The notes under the pieces are model-generated. The model was not told the DNA's origin. It did not search any database and saw only the letters and a program-made list of their open reading frames with translations. Positions 18,899-28,590 of a DNA stretch of 32,000 bases are shown piece by piece. Location of the stretch: assembly GCA_002794465.1 (NCBI GenBank), contig MTSL01000150.1:89448-121447 (forward strand), written 5' to 3'. A program made the translations under genes and the position numbers. Positions within the stretch are counted from its first letter, which is position 1, and every line of letters starts with the position of its first letter. This stretch comes from Paramicrosporidium saccamoebae KSL3 (taxonomy: Eukaryota; Fungi; Cryptomycota).

Positions 18899-21199
18899 AT
18901 GATTGTCTATTGGGCTCTTGTCGTCGGACTTTGCAGGTGCTCATTCTCAAATCCTACATGGCTCTACCGAAGCGAGAGCAGCGAAGAGAGTTGGTCCATT
19001 GACAATGTGTTTCCAGGACTCTATGCTACAAATGAAAATGGATCGTCAACACTCGCAATACCTCCTCATGCAGTAGAGATGACTCTGGCATATCGCCCGA
19101 CTGAGGGCTACCAAGAGCTTTATGAGTCTCTCCTTTCAGATGATCCACCTTACTTTGCTACTTACGAAGGAGCAGATTTCAATCTTTCTTCTGACGAGGC
19201 CTATCAAGTAAAGTGGTCTCAAGTGCTATTTCCGAAAAGTATCCCACGACAGGCACCGTTAGAATCCTTGCAGAGAGTTGCACCGACACCAATGTCCAAG
19301 ATTGCAACGCCTGTTGTTGAAGTAGTTGCTATCCCAACACCAGTTGATCCGGCGGACACTATTTCGGAGCCCATCGTCAAGTTGCCTGACAACAAGCACA
19401 TGGACAACGAGCAACGGGAGCAAGATACTAAACATTGTTTTGTTCAGTCGAATCAGGCTGGTAGCAAGCCACATGAGCATTTGAATCAAAAAAAGACGGT
19501 CGGTGTGCCGATTACTGATTTAAAGCCAAGGGGTAATACGCTGCTGCCACCTACAGCAAACACTGTAGTGGCACAACCACCGCACTCCCCTCCACAATCA
19601 ATTCCCAGACTTGCTATTCACCGATCGGCGGGCACATCAAGTCAATCAATGCCTGAGAGGTCGGCGAGCCGCGCAGTTTGGTTCAAGGATGGGGTTGGAA
19701 AAAAGTTTTCCTCTCAAGTTGCTCGAATAGATGGAAAGTCACATATTTTCTTCTCTAAATATCATATATATGGAGTGGCACTCCCCAAAATGGGGACTGC
19801 CTGTATGGAATGCAGACATACGGCTATGGGTTACCGAATCAATCATGATCGAATGGTATTTTTAGATGGCTACAAGATAGATGGGGAAAGGAAGTGGGGT
19901 CGTGACGCAGACTGGGCAATACATGCTTTTAACAAAAGCGGACTGCAGGTTGGAAATTTTAAAAAAATGTCTCCACTCGAGACGGATGGTCTTGTTGTTG
20001 CTCTTCAGGAGGGCGGTAGTAGGGATCACGGGTTGCTTATGGCATCATATGGTAGGCCTCCATTAGGAGTAATTCTGCTCCGTCCCGAAAGAGATCGGCT
20101 AGTGTATGTGGCTCGTACGTCTGGTGATACTACTGCATCCTTAAGGGTACAGAATGGTGATTTTGTTGTTGTTGGACCACTTCTGGGAATATCAAGCTTG
20201 GAGGCAGGCCATCTCCTACTAAGCAGTGTGGACACACCAGGCATGATTGCAAAAAGAGTCTACGACTCTGCAGCAGAGCCTTCGATTTGCGTTGTCGCTA
20301 CTGTTTCTATTGTGCAGGATCCACCGAAACAATTCGATTTTGTGTCCAGCCTATTGGAAAAAGCTTTTTCTGGCGCCGTCTCGTCTCCCCAAGCCCACAA
20401 CAGTGTCCAAAGAGACAACGATTCACGGCTACCCTCATCCGTGGTACCCAAAGCAATGGGAAGGCCACCCGTCAGGTATTTCACCCATGTATCTCCGGCG
20501 ACATTTAAGGGCACGAAATCCGAAAAGCCAGCGGACCGAGTGAGCTGGTTTACTGATGCTAAGAACCTCTATTCTTTGTCTCAGACCACCAAGCAGAATA
20601 ATATCATATCACCAATTGTCTTTGCCCAATGGCATTACTATGGAGTGTTACTGCCCTCAAGAAGCAGGCTTCCTAACATATCCGTCGCCAACTCGGCTAT
20701 GGGTGGCATAATTGACCATAGTCGGATCGTGTTTTTAGATGGTCACAGGGACGACACCAAATGGAAACAGACTTTTGAGAGTCGCTGGGAGGATGGTGAC
20801 ATTAATGAAACCTCTTTGGGGGTTGGAAGGGTTAAAGATTTGTATTCACTCGAGACGGACGGTCTTATTGTTGCTCTCAAAGAGGGTAGTAGTGGGGATC
20901 ATTGGTTGCTCATGGCATCCTATGGCAGACCTCCACTGGGAGCAATTCTCCTCCGTCCTGAAAGAAATCAGCTAGTGTATGTGGCTCGTACGTCTGATGA
21001 TACTGTTACGCCCGTAAAGATTCAGGATGGTGATGTTGTTATTGTCGGACCATTTCTAAGAATCTCAAGCCTGGAATTGGGTCTTCTCGCATTAACCACT
21101 TTAGACACACCTTATATGATTGCAAAAAGGGTCTATGGCTCTGGGGACAAAAGGTCGCTTTGCTTTGTCGGCATCATTTCCGTTGAACAACAAGCTTGA
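18899..21199 (+). CDS. Secreted family paralog P1: signal + header domain + 2 PP2C-like repeats (~766 aa)
   Basis: Intronless ORF; MIVYWALVVGLCRCSFS signal-like start at 18899 (the ORF track starts at TTG 18881); colinear with P2-P5. The ORF is solid; the product call is inference. Confidence 0.85.
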   Translation: MIVYWALVVGLCRCSFSNPTWLYRSESSEESWSIDNVFPGLYATNENGSSTLAIPPHAVEMTLAYRPTEGYQELYESLLSDDPPYFATYEGADFNLSSDEAYQVKWSQVLFPKSIPRQAPLESLQRVAPTPMSKIATPVVEVVAIPTPVDPADTISEPIVKLPDNKHMDNEQREQDTKHCFVQSNQAGSKPHEHLNQKKTVGVPITDLKPRGNTLLPPTANTVVAQPPHSPPQSIPRLAIHRSAGTSSQSMPERSASRAVWFKDGVGKKFSSQVARIDGKSHIFFSKYHIYGVALPKMGTACMECRHTAMGYRINHDRMVFLDGYKIDGERKWGRDADWAIHAFNKSGLQVGNFKKMSPLETDGLVVALQEGGSRDHGLLMASYGRPPLGVILLRPERDRLVYVARTSGDTTASLRVQNGDFVVVGPLLGISSLEAGHLLLSSVDTPGMIAKRVYDSAAEPSICVVATVSIVQDPPKQFDFVSSLLEKAFSGAVSSPQAHNSVQRDNDSRLPSSVVPKAMGRPPVRYFTHVSPATFKGTKSEKPADRVSWFTDAKNLYSLSQTTKQNNIISPIVFAQWHYYGVLLPSRSRLPNISVANSAMGGIIDHSRIVFLDGHRDDTKWKQTFESRWEDGDINETSLGVGRVKDLYSLETDGLIVALKEGSSGDHWLLMASYGRPPLGAILLRPERNQLVYVARTSDDTVTPVKIQDGDVVIVGPFLRISSLELGLLALTTLDTPYMIAKRVYGSGDKRSLCFVGIISVEQQA

Positions 21200-21410
21200 A
21201 TTGCACGTCGCTTCCAGGATTAAATCCTCAACAATATATATAATCCACCAGCCGCCATCTATTTGACAAAGATGTTTTCCAGATTCAATTAGATAGTCTA
21301 ATATCAAGCGCCATAGGTTATCTGGTGCACTGAACTTTATTCTGATCGGCCTACTTACATAAGCTTGTCCTTCAGGTTGAAGGGCTGAACCCTGACCAGG
21401 GGGTCGCCTG

Positions 21411-22817
21411 ATGATCTTCTGGGCTCTTGTTTTTGGACTGTGCAAATGTTCCGTCTCAAATCCCACGTGGCTCTATCGAAGCGAGAGCTACGAAGAGAAC
21501 TGGTCCGTTGAAAGTGTATTCCCAGGACTCTATACCACAGATGGCGATGGTGCGTCAACACTCACAGTACCTCCTCATGCAGTGGAGATGGTCTCTATAT
21601 ATCCTCGGGACGAGGGTCTCCAAGAGCTTCGCAAATCTCTCCTTACAGATGATCTGCCTTACTTTTATGCTTATGAAGGTGCAGGTTTTAACCTTTCTTC
21701 AGATGAAATATACCAAGTGAAGTGGTCCCATGTACCACTTTCGAAAAGTGTCCCGCGACAGGCACCATTAGAATCCTTGCAGAGAGTTTCACCGGTTCCA
21801 AATCCCACAATGATGACGCCTACTGTTGAAGTACCTGATATTATATCACCTGTCGGTCCAGTGAACGCTATTTTGGCGCCCAGCGCCAAGTTGCCGGACA
21901 CTAGGCACCTGGAACACGAGCAACCAGATCAAGATCCTGGACACCGTTCTGTTCAATCGAATCTGGTTACCAACAGGCCACACGAGCATCCGAGTCAAGT
22001 AAGGACGTTTGGTGTACCGATTGTCGGTCTAAAATCAAGGTTGACTACACTGTCTCTGCCTCTTAATCCGCAATTGGCGACTAAACCCGTTGCTAACCGA
22101 TTAACAAGCACATCAAATCAGCCAGTGCTTAAGAGACCAGTAAACCGCGCGGTTTGGTTTAAGAGCGGCGCAAACCGAAAGTTTTCCTCTTACAAAGTCC
22201 CGAGAAAGAAGACTCCGCCGGCTTTATTCTCTCAGCGTCATATGTATGGAGTGGCAGAGCCCGCTATGAGAGCCACCTCCATGGTAAGCACAATGAGAGC
22301 CATGGGTTTCCGAATCAATCATAGTCGAATGGTATTTTTCGATGGCTATAAGATGGGTAACGAAGTGGAGAAGGGTAGCAAAGCGGAGAAGAACCAGTTA
22401 CTTGCCTCAAATTGGTCAACTTGTGCTTTAAATACGACCTATTTGCAGGCTGGAAATCTCAAGCAGATGTCTCCATTAGAGACGGATGGTCTTGTTATCG
22501 CCTTTCATACGGGTAGTAATTATAGTCGTCAGTTGCTTATGGCATCCCATGGCCGACCTCCACTGGGAGCAATTGTCCTTCGTCCTAAAGGAGATTGGCT
22601 AGTGGTTGTGGATCGTACGTCGGATGATACCGTCAGGGCCGTAGATATTCAGAATGGCGATGTTGTCATTGTTGGACCACTTTTGGGGATTTCAAGCGTA
22701 GAGTCTGGTCTTATCCTACTAAGCACTTCAGACGCACCACAAATACTCGCCGAAATAGTCTACAACGCTGCTGCAAGGCCCTCACTCTGTGTTGCCGCCA
22801 CCATTACCGCTTGCTAA
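21411..22817 (+). CDS. Secreted family paralog P2: signal + header + single PP2C-like repeat (468 aa)
   Basis: Same N-terminus; only the first (a-type, GFRINHSRMVFFDG) repeat is present. Confidence 0.85.
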   Translation: MIFWALVFGLCKCSVSNPTWLYRSESYEENWSVESVFPGLYTTDGDGASTLTVPPHAVEMVSIYPRDEGLQELRKSLLTDDLPYFYAYEGAGFNLSSDEIYQVKWSHVPLSKSVPRQAPLESLQRVSPVPNPTMMTPTVEVPDIISPVGPVNAILAPSAKLPDTRHLEHEQPDQDPGHRSVQSNLVTNRPHEHPSQVRTFGVPIVGLKSRLTTLSLPLNPQLATKPVANRLTSTSNQPVLKRPVNRAVWFKSGANRKFSSYKVPRKKTPPALFSQRHMYGVAEPAMRATSMVSTMRAMGFRINHSRMVFFDGYKMGNEVEKGSKAEKNQLLASNWSTCALNTTYLQAGNLKQMSPLETDGLVIAFHTGSNYSRQLLMASHGRPPLGAIVLRPKGDWLVVVDRTSDDTVRAVDIQNGDVVIVGPLLGISSVESGLILLSTSDAPQILAEIVYNAAARPSLCVAATITAC

Positions 22818-22867
22818 CGATCGTTTGAATAAAACTGCTTTTGCCGTCCTTAGATCGTTGATAGGTG

Positions 22868-23121
22868 TGTGACGTAGATTGATTGGTCGGGCACTTGGAA
22901 ATATGGGGATACATTTGTGTGATAAAGCGGACTGATTAACTGAGTGTTTGAGGACAGTGAGATGTGCATCCATACTATTCTAGGATTAGCAATGAACAGG
23001 TTTCCGCACGACTTGGGTCGTGGTATCATCCCCACTACGCGGCATGTGCATCCATAATATTCTAGGATTAGCAGTGAACAACCCCCCTTCCCGTCTGTGG
23101 TATTATCCCCACTATGCGACA
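22868..23121 (-). mobile_element. Solo-LTR-like element, copy C (254 bp)
   Basis: Minus-strand ends TGTCGCATAG ... CTACGTCACA; perfect GGTG/GGTG flanks (22864-22867, 23122-23125). It interrupts a spacer that is uninterrupted after the other paralogs. Confidence 0.85.
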
Positions 23122-23355
23122 GGTGGATGCTTGAATTTAACGTTCCTCTCAGGACCAAATCACCGGTGGCGGCAGATATAACGTATACAATTCAACAGCC
23201 GCCCTTTATTTGATAATCTTGTACGCGCTGCATGGAATGGGCATTATAAGATATTTAGCGCGTACTAAATTTTATTCTGCTCGGATTATTCACGTAGGCT
23301 CGTCCGCTCAAATTGGGTGATTGAATCGGTCCGAATTCTGACCAGGGAGTATGGC

Positions 23356-25674
23356 ATGATCGTTTTCTGGGCTCTTATTGTCGGACTGTGCAAGTGCTCT
23401 TCCTCAAAGCCCACATGGCTTCACCGAATTGAGAGGAGCGAGGAGAACTGGTCTATTGACAACGTGTTTCCAGGACTGTATACTACAAATGAGGACGGTT
23501 TGTCAGAACTCTTAGTGCCTCCTCGTGCATTGGAACTGTCTCTTGCGCATCGCCCGGCTGAGTGCCATCAAGAGTTCCACTACTCTCTCCTTTCAGATGA
23601 CCCACCTTACTTTTGTGCTTATGAAGGAGTAGATTTTAATCTCTCTTCTGATGAGGTCTATCAAGTAAAGTGGTCCCAGATGCCACGTTCAAAAAGTGCC
23701 TCGCGACAGGAGTCATTGGAATCATCGCAGGCAGTTGCACAAACTCCAATGTCCACGATTGTGGCGTCTGCTGTCGAAGCGCCTGATGTTCCACCGCCTG
23801 CCGATCCGGTAAACACTCTCCCGCCACCCATTGGCAACGTGTCTGACATCAAGCACCTGGAACGCGATCTCAATTGCCGTCCTGGTCAGCCGAAACAGGC
23901 TATAAGCAGGCCATGCGAGCGCTTGAATCAAACAAGGAGGTTGAGTGCGCCGATTACCGGTCTAGACTCGAAGATGACTACCCTGTTGTCCTCCACAGCA
24001 AATACTGTAGTGGCGCAGCCGCCATCTTTCAATGCACAATCAACGACCAGACCCGATATTCACCGATCGGTGGACGCAGCACATCGGTCAGTACCTGAGA
24101 GATCAGAGAGCCGTGTAGTTTGGTTTGAGGAGGGTGTAGAGCAAAGCTTTTCCTCTCCGAATTCTTCGGTAGATAAAAGTTCACGTGTTTTCTTCCCCCA
24201 GTACCACATATATGGAGTGGCACTGCCCAATATGAGAACCGCCTTGTTGGGAGGCAAATATGCGGCCATGGGTTATCGAATTAGTCATAAGCGAATGTTA
24301 TTTTTAGATGGTTACAAGAGAACAAAGAAAGCGAAGCAGAGTCAGGTCGACGACGCCAATCGGCCAAGGCGTGTTTTCAGTGAGGCCACTTTGCGGACTG
24401 AAGATTTTAAATGGACATTGCTACTCCAGACGGATGGTCTTGTTGTTGCTCTTCAGGAGGATGATGGTAGTGATCACAAGTTGCTTATGGCATCCTATGG
24501 CAGACCTCCATTGGGAGCAATTCTGCTCCGTCCTAAGGGAGGTTGGCTAGTGCCTATGACTCGTACGTCTGATGATACCGTCAAGACTGTAAAGATTCAG
24601 AATGGGGACGTTGTTGTTGTTGGGCCATTTCTTGGAATATCAAACTTGGAATCGGGTCTTCTCCTACTAAGCACTTTGGACACACTGGACATGATCGCCG
24701 AAACTGTCTACAACTCTGCAGCAGAGCCTTCGCTTTGCGTTGTCGCGACCATTTCCGTTTCGCAGAATTCACTCAAAAAAATCAAGTTTATATCTAGCAG
24801 ATGGGAAGAATCTTCTAAAAGAGCCTCTCCCAGTGCCATCTCATCTCCTCAAGCCACGCATCACGGACAGTCTTCCCCTCATAGCAACGTCCAAAGAGAC
24901 AATGAGCCGCAATCATCCTCACCCGTGACATCCAGAACGATGGCAAAACCCTCTACCAAGCATCTCCCCCCTACATCCCCGGAAATCTTTAATGGTACAA
25001 AAGTTAAAGAGTCGGCAGGACGGGCGAACTGGTTTCCCAGATTTCTGCCACTCTGTTATTTATCCCAAACTACCACGCAGAATACCATGGTGCCGATTTC
25101 TTTTGCTCAGTGGTATTACTATGGAACGTTAACGCCCTTGAAGGCGCGCCTCCCTGGACTATCCATCGCCAATACGAGTATGGGCGGCGAGGTTGCTCAC
25201 ACACGAATCGCGTTTTTAGATGGTTTCAATTCCAGTGTTGGATGGAGGCAGACCTTTCGCGATCGCTGGAAAAAGGGCATTATTAATGAAACTACTTTGA
25301 GGGCTGAAAGGATCAGGGATTTGCTTCCCCTCAAGAAGGATGGTCTTATTTTTGCTCTCAAAGAGGGTAGTAGTAGGGATCATCGGTTGCTTATGGCATC
25401 ATATGGCAGACCTCCATTGGGAGCAATTCTTTTCCGACCTGAAAGAGATCGGCTAGTTTTCATGGCTCGTACGTCTGATGATACTATTACATCCGTAAGG
25501 ATCCAGAATGGTGATGTTGTTATTATTGGATCGCTTTTGAGGATATCAAGCTTAGAATCAGGTCGTTTCCTACCAAGTAGCTTAGACCAACCGGATATGA
25601 TTGCCAAAACAGTCTGTGGCACTATAAGTGAGCCCTCGGTTTGTCTTGTCGCCATCATTGCGGTTAAACAATAA
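23356..25674 (+). CDS. Secreted family paralog P3: signal + header + 2 PP2C-like repeats (~772 aa)
   Basis: Intronless; homologous ATG at 23356 (MIVFWALIVGLCKCSSS). Confidence 0.85.
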   Translation: MIVFWALIVGLCKCSSSKPTWLHRIERSEENWSIDNVFPGLYTTNEDGLSELLVPPRALELSLAHRPAECHQEFHYSLLSDDPPYFCAYEGVDFNLSSDEVYQVKWSQMPRSKSASRQESLESSQAVAQTPMSTIVASAVEAPDVPPPADPVNTLPPPIGNVSDIKHLERDLNCRPGQPKQAISRPCERLNQTRRLSAPITGLDSKMTTLLSSTANTVVAQPPSFNAQSTTRPDIHRSVDAAHRSVPERSESRVVWFEEGVEQSFSSPNSSVDKSSRVFFPQYHIYGVALPNMRTALLGGKYAAMGYRISHKRMLFLDGYKRTKKAKQSQVDDANRPRRVFSEATLRTEDFKWTLLLQTDGLVVALQEDDGSDHKLLMASYGRPPLGAILLRPKGGWLVPMTRTSDDTVKTVKIQNGDVVVVGPFLGISNLESGLLLLSTLDTLDMIAETVYNSAAEPSLCVVATISVSQNSLKKIKFISSRWEESSKRASPSAISSPQATHHGQSSPHSNVQRDNEPQSSSPVTSRTMAKPSTKHLPPTSPEIFNGTKVKESAGRANWFPRFLPLCYLSQTTTQNTMVPISFAQWYYYGTLTPLKARLPGLSIANTSMGGEVAHTRIAFLDGFNSSVGWRQTFRDRWKKGIINETTLRAERIRDLLPLKKDGLIFALKEGSSRDHRLLMASYGRPPLGAILFRPERDRLVFMARTSDDTITSVRIQNGDVVIIGSLLRISSLESGRFLPSSLDQPDMIAKTVCGTISEPSVCLVAIIAVKQ

Positions 25675-25954
25675 CTATCTAAATGAATTGAGCTTTTGTC
25701 AATCTACTGACCGCCGATCTGTGATAAGCGTATGCTTTGAATTGCACGTTGATTCCAACATCAAGCCTTCAGCAGTCGCCATCTACTCGATGAAGGACAC
25801 TTGCCAGATTCAAGTAGATAGTCTATCACACACTGCATTAATCGGACGCTGTAAAATAGCTGGTATATTAGATTCGACTGGGCTTGGCTCATCCACGTAA
25901 ACTCGTCCGCCCCAGTTGGGTAATTGAACCTGAATCATGACCAGGGGCTGCCTG

Positions 25955-28303
25955 ATGATCTTGCTCTGGGCTCTTGTTTTTGGACTGTGCAGATGCTCAT
26001 TCTCAAATCCCACATGGCTCTACCGAAGCGAGAGCAGTGAAGAGAGCTGGTCTGTTGACAATGTGTTTCCAGGACTATATGCTACACATGAAGATGGGTC
26101 GTCAACACTCGTAGTACCTCCCCATTCAGTAGAGATGACTTTTGCATACCTTCCGGATGAGAATCCTCAAGAGCTTTGCAAATCCCTCCTTGCATATGAT
26201 CCGCCTTGCCTTGCTGCTTATGAAGGAGCTGATTTCAACCTTCCTCCAGATGAGGTCTATCAAGTAAAGTGGTCTCAGGCGCCGCTGTCAAAAAGTGTCT
26301 TACGACGGGCACCGGTAGAAACACTATACATGGGTGCAAAGACCCCTGTTTCCACGATTGTGACGTCTGTTGTTGAAGCACCTGATGTTCCACCACCTGC
26401 TGACCCAGTAAACACTCTCCTGCCACCCATTGGCGACGTATCTGGCATCGAGCTTCTAGAGGACAAACAACTGGATCAAGATCCCAAAAGCCATTCTGTT
26501 CAGTCGAAGCAGGCTATAAGCAGTCCACGCGAGCATTCAAACCAAATAAGAACGTTTGGTATGCCGATTGTTGGTCTAAATTCAAGAGTGGCCACACCTC
26601 TTTCACCTATAGTAAACACTGTAGTGCCGCAACCACCACATTCCAATCCGCTAATGATGACTAGACCGGTTGTTCACCGACCGACGGCCTCATCAAATCA
26701 TTCAATGCCCGAGGGAACGGAGAACCGTGCAGTTTGGTTTGAGGATGGTGTAGAAAAAGAATCTTCCTCTGCCGATTTTTCGATAGATGAGAATCCACAA
26801 ATTTCCTTTTCTAAATACCATATGTATGGAGTGGCGCTGCCCAATACGAGTGCCACCTTCATGATGGGCAAATATGTGGCCATGGGTTACCGGATTAATC
26901 ATGACCGAATGGTATTTTTAGATGGCTACAAGAGGAAGAGGGAATCGAATCAAGGTCGAGTCAGCGATCTAAATTGGTCAAAGTATATTGTCAATGAAGC
27001 CACTTTGCGGGCCGAAAACGTTAAACCGATATATCCGCTCGAGACAGATGGTCTTATTGTTGCTCTTCAGGAGGGCAGTGATATTGATAGTGATAGTCAT
27101 GACAAGTTGCTTCTGGCATCTTATGGCAGACCTCCATTGAGAGCAGCCCTTCTTCGTCCTGGAGGAAATGGGCTAGTCGTTGTGGCCCATACGTCTGATG
27201 ATACTGTCAAGACTGTAAGGATTCGGGATGGAGATTTTGTTATTGTTGGGCCACTTCTCGGAGTATCAAACTTGGAATCGGGTCTTCTTCTACTAAGCAC
27301 TTTGGACACACCGGCCGTGATTGCCAAAACTGTTTGCAACTCTGTAACAGAGCCCTCACTTTGCATTGTCGCTACTATTTCCATATCGCAGAATTTATCG
27401 TCACAATTCAAGTTTGTGTCTGATGGACCGGAAGAATCTTCCAAAAGAACCCTCCCCGGTGCTTGCTCACCTCCTCAAGCCGTGCATCACGAACAATTTG
27501 TCCCTAATAGCAATCACCAAAGAGACAATGAGCCGCGGCCTCCCATATCTGTGACATCCAGGACAATGGAAGGACCATCCGCCAAGGATTTCATCCTTAC
27601 ATCTCCAGGAATGTTTAACGTCACAACACCTGGAATGCTAGCAGAACGAGCGAACTGGTTTGCCAGAGCTAGGAACCTTTATTCTTCATCCCAACCCACT
27701 ATGCAGGATAACATGCTACCAGTTACCTTTGCTCAGTGGCACTACTACGGTGTGTTAGCGCCGCCAAAGAATAAGCGAGCTAACCTATCCATCGCCAATT
27801 CGATTATGGGTGGCCAAAGTTCCCACGACCGAATTGTGTTTTTAGATGGCTGCCAAACCGAATCTAAATGGAAACAGACCTTTGAGAGTCGCTGGGAAGA
27901 TGGTGATATTAATGCAACCTCCTTGGGGGTTGAAAAGGTCAGAGACTTGTATCCACTCGAGAAGGATGGCATTATTGTTGCTCTTCAGGAAGGTGGTGAT
28001 GATGGTAGTGGTCATCAATTGCATATGGCGTCTCATGGCAGACCTCCGCTGGGAGCAGCTCTTCTCCGACCTGAAGGAGATCGACTAGTGTTTGTGGCCC
28101 GCACTTCTGATGATACTGTTATATCCGTAAAAATTCAGGCTGATGATGTTGTTATTATTGGACCACTTCCTGAGATATTAGCCTTGGGATCAGGTGCTCT
28201 TGTGCTAAGCACTTTAGACAATCCAGATAAGATTCTCAAAACAGTCTATGGTACGGATAAGAAGCGGTCGCTTTGTTTTGCCACCATGATTGCCGTTAAG
28301 TAA
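25955..28303 (+). CDS. Secreted family paralog P4: signal + header + 2 PP2C-like repeats (~782 aa)
   Basis: Intronless; homologous ATG at 25955 (MILLWALVFGLCRCSFS); an upstream in-frame ATG lies at 25937. Confidence 0.85.
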   Translation: MILLWALVFGLCRCSFSNPTWLYRSESSEESWSVDNVFPGLYATHEDGSSTLVVPPHSVEMTFAYLPDENPQELCKSLLAYDPPCLAAYEGADFNLPPDEVYQVKWSQAPLSKSVLRRAPVETLYMGAKTPVSTIVTSVVEAPDVPPPADPVNTLLPPIGDVSGIELLEDKQLDQDPKSHSVQSKQAISSPREHSNQIRTFGMPIVGLNSRVATPLSPIVNTVVPQPPHSNPLMMTRPVVHRPTASSNHSMPEGTENRAVWFEDGVEKESSSADFSIDENPQISFSKYHMYGVALPNTSATFMMGKYVAMGYRINHDRMVFLDGYKRKRESNQGRVSDLNWSKYIVNEATLRAENVKPIYPLETDGLIVALQEGSDIDSDSHDKLLLASYGRPPLRAALLRPGGNGLVVVAHTSDDTVKTVRIRDGDFVIVGPLLGVSNLESGLLLLSTLDTPAVIAKTVCNSVTEPSLCIVATISISQNLSSQFKFVSDGPEESSKRTLPGACSPPQAVHHEQFVPNSNHQRDNEPRPPISVTSRTMEGPSAKDFILTSPGMFNVTTPGMLAERANWFARARNLYSSSQPTMQDNMLPVTFAQWHYYGVLAPPKNKRANLSIANSIMGGQSSHDRIVFLDGCQTESKWKQTFESRWEDGDINATSLGVEKVRDLYPLEKDGIIVALQEGGDDGSGHQLHMASHGRPPLGAALLRPEGDRLVFVARTSDDTVISVKIQADDVVIIGPLPEILALGSGALVLSTLDNPDKILKTVYGTDKKRSLCFATMIAVK

Positions 28304-28590
28304 CAACTATCTAAATGAAATAAGCTTCTATCGATCTACTATTTTTAATGGGCAGATGCTTTGAATCGCACGTCGCCTCCAGAATCAAAAACAGCAACAG
28401 TGAATTTGAGGTAATAATGGTGAGTGCAGTGTGTATAGTGTAATAGCCTTTATAAATTCGAAAAAGGACATGTGTTAGATTCAGCTAGATAGTCTAATAC
28501 CGAGTGCCATAGGATATTCAATATATTTAATTATATTCTACTCAGCTCGAGTGGGATAATTGAATCTGAATACTGGTCAGGGGCCGTCTG

